DNA of 64,000 bases, taken from Stegostoma tigrinum (Eukaryota). The notes under the pieces are model-generated. The model saw only the letters and a program-made list of their open reading frames with translations. It did not search any database and was not told where the DNA came from. A program made the translations under genes and the position numbers. Location of the stretch: the NCBI RefSeq assembly GCF_030684315.1, contig NC_081391.1, forward strand, positions 13,679,342 to 13,743,341. Reading direction: 5' to 3'. Position 1 is the first letter of the stretch; each line of letters begins with the position of its first letter. Of this stretch, positions 1 through 10,580 are shown one piece after another.

Positions 1-1399
1 TCCTCTGGTGCCAGGAAGCTCCCACACCGTCCAAAGAGACTTCTCTACCCAGCCTGATAGAATTTGGGATAGTGGTGTTCAATTGCACATTTCCCTTGAA
101 ATCTCTTCCCCGCCTCAGCCATCCTGCGTACTCAATTATTGCCTGAATGATGACAGCAACAAAAAGTGAAAACAGCCCTTTATCTACTGACCCAGCTGCC
201 TGATCACCAAGGTCTAAAGGAAGAGGCCCAGCAGGCTCTGATTTCAATCCAGCTGGCGGAAGCAGCAGAGCTGTGAAACAATCTCGATGGCCTGGTATAT
301 CTCTTTTTTTTTTTCCCCATTGGGCCCTACCCTGACCAAAACACACTATATTCTCAGTATTGTTACTTTTTGGTTTCACCATCCCAAACTGTGGCTGGAG
401 CTCCTTCTCTTCCGCCTCTTCCCCGCTTCTCTTTCCCCCCGCCCGCAACCCAACCTCTTCTTTCTTTTCTTTCCACGTGCCCCCAGCAGCCTTAACCTTC
501 ACCACAGCCCCTTCCCCTGGGAGTCAGCTCAAGACATTCACCTGAACTGGACTGGATTATCATGTAGAGCCTCATTGCCGCTTACAGCAGGATAACAGGG
601 ACCTGGGAATAACACAGCAATGCACCTGGTTAAATGCTGCTGTTTGATTGGCTCTTGTTGCTAAAGCCAGCATTGAGCGCACTAAGCTGCTCCCTTGGTG
701 AACATTATTCCTGATGCAGGTTGATTGGGTGAAATCACATTGAAGGAGCAAAGTGGCTCGGAGAGGAGACATGGAGATGCTGACTTTCCTTTACGGCTGC
801 TTCTTTTATCTTTCAAGGTGTCAGAGATCATGGGTTCGTGAGGGGGCTATCAGAGACATCCTGAGGATTGTTCCAGGGAGTTTTGTAGCGAGTGCACACT
901 GCAGCCTTCATAGAGGTTGGCGGGGGGGGAGGGGTTGCTGCAGAGTCAAAAGGCACTCAACATATTTGTTCCACCACATAAAGCAATTTATTTTCGGTGA
1001 AAAAGTCTGGGCTACAGTAACCCTCAAGTGCAGGAAGGGACCATTAGGCCCATTAAATCTGCATCAACCTTCTGAACAGCATCCTCTTTAGACCCAACCC
1101 CTTTGCCTTAAATCCACATTTCCCACGGCTAATCGACCTAGTCTGCAGGCCCCTGCTCACGATCGACAATCTGCAAATCATTGGGCTGTGTGAGGAAACT
1201 CAAGCACCTGGAGGTAATCCACGCAGGCCATCACCCATGGGTAGAATCGAACCTGGGTCCCTGGCACTGAGCCGCCAAAGCATTCTAAAGTACCAAAGGA
1301 AAGGAATACACTGCGGCAAACTACATCATGGGAATAGACTCTGCAGCCCAGCCCGAACTTGCAGACCAGGTTTTCATAAACTGTGTAGTGCCATTTGCC

Positions 1400-1605
1400 T
1401 ACATTTGGCCCATCTTTCTCTAAACCGTTCCTTTCCATGTAAATCTCCAAATGTCACTTAAATGTTGTAATTCTATCCACCTCTACCACTTCCTCTAGCA
1501 GCTCGTTCCACACACGCACCACACTATGTGTGAAAATGTTGTCACTCACACCCCTTTTAAATCTTGCCCCTCTCCCCTCAAACCAATGCCCTCTAGTTTT
1601 GGACC
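1400..1605 (-). mobile_element. Short CR1 3'-end fragment (minus strand) in the intergenic unit
   Basis: The reverse complement resembles a CR1 end (actagagggcat...gtgtggaacgagctgctagaggaagtggtagagg...acatttaag). Paralogs at about 18735-18940 and 53535-53740. Confidence 0.55.
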
Positions 1606-2575
1606 CCCCCTACCCTGTCCCAGCATGCTTTTTATATACAGTCAATCTTGAGTGTGCCAATGGCAAGGCTACATTTAGTGCTCAGCAACTCTTACACTTC
1701 AGGAGGTGGTAATGAGCTGCGTATTACAGTCCACCTGGTGTCGGAGAGACCGGAATGATGCTGCTGCTGTTGCTGAGGAGGGGCTTCTGGGATTTTCATT
1801 CACAAACAGGGATATTGTTCCAAGTCAGGATGGTGACAGAGTTACATGGAGCTGCTTGAGTGTCGTTGGTGCTGCCTCCAGCGAGAACATTGTAAACTAT
1901 TCCAGCACTACTCCCAATTTCAGCCTTATTGAGGGTGGGCAGGTTTTGGAAACTCAGGAGTTGAGTACTTCCTGACAGAATTCCCAGCATCTGAATTCCC
2001 AGTTTCTGAGCTGTACCATCTACAGAACGCAATGTAAACAGGACCAGAAATTGCTCACTTGGAAACATGCTGGGGTTAATCGCTAGTTCTACTTCAACCA
2101 ACGAAAAACGAAACTGGGAGACAGAAATGTTCAACGTGCGATACATTTCTAGCAGCAACTGAGACATAGAGGCCTGAGGCCTACTGTGTAGAAGAGGCAC
2201 TCAGCACATTTAGCGTTTTGCTTTTCAAACTGGGCCTTCAAGGTCAAGGTCAGGGAGATCACATCAGATGCAGATTGGATCCACAAAGTACATCAGTTGC
2301 CTGTTTTAGATGATCCAAAAGCACATTATTTCTGTTGCTGCACAGAAATAGGAAAATGTTCAGATCAACCAAATCGAGCCAGTTTTCAAAGGGCTCCAAC
2401 ACCAACGTTCAAAAATTATGACGACTAATCCCTCAGAATAGCAATCCGACAGAATTCTGCAAATCTGTGATGAGTGTGTCTTAACGCACAACCTCAGATA
2501 CAGACGTGAAGTTTTAGAGTATATTTTATTCTCATTTTCAGGGAGATGTCCTTCCAGAATTTGCACTTGTGCGGG

Positions 2576-2764
2576 AGGTCAAAGGTCATTTCAGCAATTT
2601 CATCATCAACCAGTTGTCAATTCTGATTGGTTTTTTGACCCGATTCCCATCCTGCACTGATTGGATGTGGCAGCTGATCAAGTGATTAACAAGAGTGTTT
2701 GGCCATCACTGATGATCTCATTTCCTGCTTCATAAAATGAGTGTTGGCTCCTGGAGTATAAATA
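2576..2764 (+). promoter_or_regulatory. Ferritin proximal promoter, copy 1: DR1, inverted CCAAT, E-box, ETS-like site and TATA
   Basis: AGGTCAAAGGTCA at 2576-2588, ATTGG at about 2660, CAGCTG at 2671-2676, ATTTCCTG at 2720-2727, TATAAATA at 2757-2764. The block is repeated before every copy. Confidence 0.7.
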
Positions 2765-2850
2765 GAGTCCCAGGGCAGGGATGTTTATTGTTGCTTTTAA
2801 CTTTGTCATTTTTGTGGTGAGGAAAATAAAGCAAGCTTTTCCTTTATAAG

Positions 2851-5800
2851 ATGGCCTCCCAGATCAGTCAGAACTATCACCAGGATTGTGAAGCTGCTGT
2901 CAACAAGCAGATCAATGTGGAGCTCACTGCCTCCTATCTCTATCAGTCTTTGGTGAGTGGTGTCTCTGTTGGGTGAAACATACTTCTGTTCTGTTGAAGT
3001 AACCTCTTCCCCTTGGATGTAATTAAGTTGTCTATCTTCTAGACTGAGTTTTGTGGCTCCTACCTCTTTCTCAATGCAGGATGAGTGTGATGTTACTGTA
3101 ACAATAGTTTGGTGTCTAATGTTACTCTAACTTGGGTCCCAGTTGGTTGTCAGTGAGATGTGGAGGGTGGAGTGTTCTTGTAGTTACTTGCCTGTCCCAT
3201 GATGGTGCTGTGACTGGTGGTAATTATCGCTTCCTGTGACTGTTTGTTTGAAACTTGAGGGAACAAAATTAAAAATGAATTGGGACTCACCATTGTGGGA
3301 ACGGAAGCACCATCGGCTAGTCACTGCTCTTCTTTTCCTCCTTGTATCCTTGCTTGTATTTGAATTTTGTGGTGATCCCAACTTAACATCTCAAATAATC
3401 TTGATTTCCTATTGCAATCAGCTTAGAATAGGCTTGTTCTAGCCCTGCAGAGCTGGGCTGAGAAGTGGCAAATGGAGTTTAATGCAGACAAGTGTGAGGT
3501 GATGCACTTTGGTAGGAGTAACCAGCAGGCAAAGCACGAGGCTAATGGTAAGATTCTTAGTAATGTAGATGAGGAGAGAGATCTCGGTGTCCACGTAAAC
3601 AGGTCCTTGAAAGTTGCCATCCAGGTTGACAGGGCGGTTAAGAAGGCAGTGTTTTCTCTTTGATTAATAGAGGCATTGAGTTCTGGAACCAAGAGGTTAT
3701 GGTGAAGCTGTACCAAACTCTGGTGTGGCTGCACTTGTAGTATTGTATACAGTTCTGGTCACTGCATTATAAGGATGTGGAAGCTTTGGCAAGAGTGCAG
3801 AGGAGGTTTACTAGGATGTTGCCTGGTATCGAGGGAAGCTCTTATGAGGAAAGACTGAGGGACTTGAGGCTGTCTTCATTGGTGAGAAGGTTGAGAGTTG
3901 ACTTAATTGAAACATATAATATTCTGAGGGTTGGAAAGGGAAATCCTCTTTCTGCGGACGGTGAGCATGAGGGGGCATAGCTGTAAATTGAGGGATGATA
4001 GATATAGGACAGATGTCTGAGGTAGTTTCTTTACTCAGTAGTAAGGGAATGGAATGCTTTGCCTGTGACGGTAGTAGATTTGCCAACTTTAGGTACATTT
4101 AAGTCGTCATTGGACAAGCATATGGACGTACAGGGAATAGTCTAGGTTAGATGGGCTTGAGATCAGTATGACAAGTTGACACAACATCTAGGGCCTGTAC
4201 TGTGCTGTTATGTTCTAGTTTCAGATTAAACTGGGTGAGGTTGTGACTGGTATCTGATCAAGCAGATCTCCATTTGAGATCTACTTTGCTTTTTTTCATA
4301 CTCATGAGGTGGGTGTGGGCTGTCTGTATATCAGTGTTGGAGCTTTTCCAAGGCATGGCACTGCCGTGGGGCTGAGAATGTGCGGAGGGTACTGACCCAG
4401 TGAATATGGAAAAAATAGCTTATTCCTGTTGTATTTGGCCTGACTCTAAACTAACTAGCCCCTCTTTCCCCAGGTGGTTGGGTGCCTGTGCCCTTCCAAG
4501 GGGTAGAATGTGTTTAGAAGGTGTTAGAAGTAACCTTAGTGAGTGTTGCCGGGTGCTCTCTGGGCTTGTGCTTGTCAGCAGGAAGTCCTCTCATGATGAG
4601 GATCAAGTCCCTGTCAGCCCCACTTTGGGAGGTGGCAACAGCTTTCATTGAGCCAGCAGTTCAGTTTTAATCGCTGACCCATGTTCCTAACACAACTTGG
4701 AAGCATGTCCCAAGAGTAAAATCTCCACTATTCTACATCTTCTAACTGCCCATTTAAATGGGCAATGATAAATTGTGCTTGTGTTTGCATTTGACAATTA
4801 AAGCAACTTTTTTCAGCAGGATTCCCAAGAATGTGTGTCTTAGTAGCTGCTTCCAATAGCAGACCTGGTAAACCTGAATACATTGAATTGTGAACATCCT
4901 GGTTTAGAAATCTACAGGACTTTGCCTGTTGGATTAAGTCAACAGTAGCATTTCCACGTTACTGTTTTAATAAGTGATGTTGTCTAGAGAGTAGGTGATC
5001 TGCAGGTCACTGTCATATTTGTCATGTGATCAGTTTGTTTTGTCAATCAGTGTTTCATGTGTAATGGTACAAGTTGCTAGCAGTCTCAGTACAGCTGTTT
5101 TAGATGCAGCAGTAAACTGTATCTAGAACAATCCAAAGACTGTCCCGAGGCAGGCTTTCCTTGGCAGATTCTTGGTGCCCATGTCCTTCATTCATCCCTT
5201 CCCCCTCACCCCAGCCACCCCACTACTGCAGCCCTTGTCAAACTAATAGATACAGTGCATCCAATTGCATTGATCCTGACTAAGCAGAAAATGTGCTCCT
5301 TCCTAGCTGTTAGTTGCAGTGTCTGGGATCTGTTTTCTGGCCTTTGCCAAAGGAGCAATAGCGTGCCCTGCAGCTGTTCTATTGGTGCACATCCTGCATT
5401 CCAGCTTCTGGCATTTCTTGAAACCCTATTCAATCAGTAATTTATCCCATTTCTGGTGGAGGTTAATCAGTAAAAACATCAATTCACACTTGTTCTCACC
5501 CAATGCTGTGCCAGACCCACTGAGCAATTTGCCAGGAGTTTCAAACCAAAATAAAACACATGGTGTTTACAGCTTACCTGGAGGAAGCTGGGATTGTTTT
5601 GATTTTTCCAATTCAACAGGAACTGCTCAAAACTGGGTTCTGAATTGTTAATGCATCAGGTACTTAACAGCTTATTGTCAGTCTGATTTTTAGAATGCTC
5701 AAGTAGCCCTGGAGCTCTGAACTAAAATTGGCCCGTGACTTGTTAATGGGCTTTACCTTGATCTCCCTTCCAGATGTCCTACTTTGACCGGGATGATGTT

Positions 5801-8037
5801 GCCCTCCCCCATGTCTCCCGCTTCTTCAAACATCAGTCCCAGGAGAAGCGGGAACATGCAGAGAAGCTGCTGAACTTCCAGAATCAGCGTGGAGGCCGGG
5901 TCCTCCTCCAGGATGTGAAGGTTGGAGTTGGGTGGGGTGGGGGTTGGGATGGTAATGGCTGCTCTTGTGGTGTGGTTTCAAGTCAGTGACAAGGTTTTCA
6001 TTTGAGTCAAAACTTTGTTCGGCCTGTTTGATCTCCTTTTTGAAGCCAGTGTAGAAAGAAGCCCTTTGGCCCACCATGTCTTTGCTGACCCCACAAACAC
6101 TAAAGCACATTAATCCCATTTACCTTCCCTTGGTCCACAGGCCACTGTCCTGGCACTATATACTTGTCCAGCTGGACCTTAAACTGATCTGGAGTAGCTG
6201 ACTCCACCACCATCCAACCCTTTATGTGGTTCATCTCATATTTCTAACCTCCCCCTCGGAGGAGGGTGAAGAGAACGTTTCCTCCAATCCCCTCTAACCT
6301 GCTTACTCCACAAACCTGGTTTCTCTCTGGTCTTGCTGTCTGCTATGGGGAAGACATTCCATCAACTGGCCACTCTCTATTCTTCAATAGTTACATCAGG
6401 TCACTCCCTCAGCCGTTCCTGCTCCACAGAAAATCCCAGCCGATCTAACCTCCAATCAATGGATCTTGGGCAACAGCCTGGGCAACCTCACCAGCTTCCC
6501 CCTGCAGTGCCATCCTGTCCTTGTGACTGGTGAGGCCCAAGAGGGAATAATGTGGTGACTAGAAGAACAAACTGTGACAAGACTGGCCCCCTTCCTGTTC
6601 CACCACACCCAACTAATAGAGGTTGCTTGCCCTCTGTCACTGTTACACCCTGTTGACCTTGTCTGAACTTTGAGGGATCTATGGTTGTGGGCCTTTCTTC
6701 ACTGTTAGCAGCACAACACACTTTGCAAACACCTCGCTGTCCCTTGGATGAATTAAATAGCCGTGATGTTTCTGATCATCCTGCTCAGGCATGTATGAAG
6801 CCACCAGCACAAGTGGTACTTGAACCTTGGCCTTGTCAGCCAGAGACAGGGGCACTACCACTGTACCATGACAGCATTTAGGATTCACTTGTGAATATCC
6901 TCGCAATTCCATCAGATGGACCCTGATGCAAATCTTGTCATTATCCCCCACAATGACCTGTTATTCAACTTCCTCCTTCAGATCAAGGACCGACAGGCAA
7001 GGTGAAAGCAATTCTGAAGGAACTGTGCTCCAGGGCTGCCTCAGGGGCTAGCAGTGTTCTCAGTGCTAGGGACACAGGTCTGGATCTGGCCTCTGGTGAG
7101 GGACTGGTGTTTACATGTCCTCCCCATGTCTGCATTGGTGTCCTCATAGGATAAGGGGATTGGCCATCTGAAATGCAGGGTTACAGGAATAGGGTGGGAG
7201 AATGACGAGTTGGGATCCTCTTCAGAGCAGTTACAGACTGATCCACGTTGTAAAGATTCTGAAGCTTAACTGTCCAACTTTCCTTCCTCCAGAAGCCAGA
7301 GAGGGATGAGTGGGGTAACAGCCTGCAGGCAATGCAGGTTGCCCTGGATCTGGAGAAGAATGTGAACCAGAGTTTGTTGGATCTACACCAAGTCGCCACA
7401 GCCCAGACTGACCCTCATGTAAGCTTCACCTCCTCATTGACTTCACTGCTAGGCCCTCAGGGCAACACGTTCATTGGTTGGTCTTTTGTGGATTAGAAAT
7501 TCAGTTAGACTTTGTTTTTGTGCAGATGACATGGATCACTTCAGATCCATAGTGATTACAAAATCATTGCTGAGCAGTTGAGTCCAAGTGTGTATTTTAA
7601 CTTGTAAACCTGTGGGGAGGACTGAGGGGATATTGGTCACTGAATTCTCATTCAGGACCACTGCAGTGGAATGACTTTTATCCGTCACAAGTTAACTCTG
7701 CTCCAGTAAATAAACAGCAAGATGAAACTGCTAAAAAGCAGTTGTCCTCTTTGCACAATTTCTCCAGGCGTTGGCTCGAGACATCCCTGACCATCTCCCT
7801 CCATATGCATGTTTTTAGTGGGAATTCTGAAGTTGTCTTGGATAGTGTTAATGTACCAAGTGTCATATTCCTCTGTTGCAGCTGTGTGACTTCCTGGAGA
7901 CCCACTATTTGGATGAGGAGGTGAGGATCATCAAGCAACTCGGGGACTACATCACCAACCTGAAGCGCCTGGGAGCCCCTGAGAATGGGATGGGAGAGTA
8001 CCTGTTTGACAGGCTCTCCCTGGAGGACAGCAGTTAG
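2851..8037 (+). CDS. Ferritin subunit (heavy/middle-chain-like with L-type residues), copy 1 (type A), intact; exons 2851-2952, 5774-5920, 7293-7418, 7882-8037; 176 aa
   Basis: Spliced translation [34 protein letters not shown]|[49 protein letters not shown]|[42 protein letters not shown]|[55 protein letters not shown] introns lie at the conserved vertebrate ferritin positions; TATA box at 2757 and AATAAA at 8165. Confidence 0.93.
3445..4218 (+). mobile_element. 5'-truncated CR1 LINE (HER1-like) in intron 1 of copy 1
   Basis: CR1 ORF2 C-terminal motifs ([31 protein letters not shown]); 3' tail gggcctgtactgtgctgttatgttcta. Confidence 0.9.
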
Positions 8038-8164
8038 TGTGGCCTGGAGTACTGTCTGCTTGGTCTGAATGCATTCCCCACTTCACCCTGGCCAATCTGT
8101 CTCCTTCCAGGGAGAAGGGGCTTGTAGCAACGAACGTAATGGCTGTACCAGCCGAATGGAAATG

Positions 8165-8170
8165 AATAAA
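8165..8170 (+). terminator. Polyadenylation signal of copy 1 (equivalents at 26565, 34724, 42858, 51455, 60275)
   Basis: AATAAA about 128 nt after the stop codon, at the same position in all complete copies except copy 2. Confidence 0.75.
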
Positions 8171-10580
8171 ATGATCTCTTGATCTCAGTTCCTGTGCATC
8201 ATTTTGAGCCCATTGATACCTCTCTTTGGTCAAGCAAGCTTTCTTGCCTTACTTCACCACTGCTTTTCCCCAACCCCCATGGACAGACTGCAGGCCAATG
8301 GGAGCCAGTTGGGGTTCAAATGGGGCCTGTGACCGACCCTTACTACAGCCATCAACTGGTGGCCCTGCTGACCAGTTCACTTTGTCACTGAAGTCTGCTG
8401 CTCCTCCCAGGGGACCTTGGGTTTTCTGAACTTGCTTGGTTCAACTGCATAGATTTGTTTTTTCCCCGGAAGGAATCCAAAATTCCTTCAAGTGGCTTCC
8501 CCAGTTTGTTGCTTTCTTTCCTTGGCCCAGGGCTCAGGCCCTCCCCATAACTGGAAGTCCACCAGCCCTGAGCTGGGCAACTTCAGCCCAAACATTCTCA
8601 ACAGTCACATTCCAGAGAATCATCTCCAGATTCTCTGGGGCTACTTGATTGATAGTGGATGCTCCTGATACCATAAATACAAGGATTGGTGACCTGGGGC
8701 TTGGATGATAGCCCATGGTTCAAAATACTCCCATTTGGTTTATGCTTGCAGCTACAACAGGCCTCTGACTGAAGGGTTTGTACAAAAAGCTGCTGCCTTG
8801 TTTCTTGGAACCTTTCCATGGGCTGATTGAGGTTTTTTTGACCCAGTGAGGGAGCAGGGATTTCTGGGGAAGGTGGGGACTGTCTCCTTTAGTCAAGATG
8901 CCTGGACATGCTGACTTTGCCTTACAGCTGTTTCCTTGATCATTCAAGGTGTCTGATCATGGGTTAGGGAGGGGGTGATCAGAGACAGCCCAGAGATTGT
9001 CTTGTTTTGGCACGAGTGCACACTGTAGCCTTCAGAAGAGTGTGGGTCATTAAGGTACTGAATATATTTGTTCCATCACAAAAATCCTTGTTGTTTGGCC
9101 CAGTCTCTATCCTTGGTGATAGAACCCCTGCTCTCTGGCAAGAGGCCATTTGACCCAGGTAGCATCAACCTTCTGACCAGCATCCTGCTCAGTCCCACCC
9201 CAGTCCTTCAACCCTGTGTCTTCCCCATGGCTAATCCAGCTTGCCCCTTGTCAAAATCTCCAACTTAGCATTGCCTATCCACTTGACCAGCAAATAGTTC
9301 AGATGGTGGGTGGGAAACCAAACAGACACTGTAAATGTACAAACTCCCCAGGGTGCCCTAAGGCTGTAATAAATCCCATGTCGCTGTGAGGTAAGTGCTT
9401 GTTACTGAGCCACTGTCTCACCCTAAAGTACCGAACAAAGGAATATGCTGTTGCATTCTGTCAGAGTCCTACAGCAGAGATACAGGTTGTTTGGCTCAAA
9501 CCGTCCAGGCCGAGCAGTGTTCCAAATCTGAACTAGTTGTGTTTGCCCCATATCCCTCAACCAGTCCTTTCCCTGGAAATCACCAAATGTCTTTTAACAA
9601 CTGCAATTGCACCCACTTCTCCTGCTTCATGTAGCAGCTCATTCTTGACAAACCATTTTCTGTGGGAAAAGCTCTTCTTCAGCTTCTTTCTCTTTCCCCC
9701 ACCCCCCCCCCCCCCCGACCAACCCCACATGCCTGTGTGTGAAAACATTACCCCTCCCTCCTGTAGTTTTGGACTCCCCTACCCTGTCCCAGCATGCTTA
9801 CTGTATGCAGTCAATCTTGAGTGTGCCAATGGCAAGGCCACATTTAGTGCTCAGCAAGTGTTACACTTCAGGAGGTGGTGATGAGCTGGTCATTACAGTC
9901 CACCTGGTGTAGGAGAGACCGGAATGATGCTGCTGAGGAGGGGCTTCTGGGATTTTCATTCACAAACAGGAATATTTTCCCAAGTCAGGATGGTGACAGA
10001 CTTACATGGAGCTCCATTGCGTGTTGTTGGTGCTGCCTCCAGCCAGAACATTGAAAACTGTTCCAGCATTACTCACTCCTAACTTCAGTCTTATTGATGG
10101 TGGGCCGGCTTTGGAAAGTTACAAGTTGAGTAATTACCAACAGAATTCCCTGCCTCTGACTTCCCAATTTTTGAGTTGTTCACTCTACAGAATGCAATGA
10201 AAACTGTAACAGATACTGTCACCTTGGAAACATGCTGGCGTTAAGCGCTGATTCAACTTCAACAATGTAAAACCAAACATGGAGACAGAAATGTTCAACG
10301 TGCGATACGTTTCTAGCAGCAGCTGAGACACAGAACCCTGAGGCCTACTGTGTATAAGAGGCACTCAGCACATTTAGCGCACATTTCGCACACATTTTTG
10401 CATCTTGCTTTTTCCAAGTGGGCTTCATGCGACCCTAAGTCACGCTGATCACAGCAGATTCAGAATGGATCTACAAAGGACATCGGTTGCTTGTATCAGA
10501 CAATCCAAAAGCACGTTATTCTGTCACTGCACAGAAATAGGAAAATGTTCATATCAACCAAATCAGGGCATTTTACAAGG

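Noticed and set aside
1796-2200. 134-aa minus-strand ORF recurring at 54011-54334
   Set aside because: No recognisable domain, non-ATG start, truncated in the near-identical paralog and not open in the other units.
2197-2215. gcactcagcacattt as an ARE/MARE
   Set aside because: Lacks the TGAC core of RTGACnnnGC; at most a Maf half-site.
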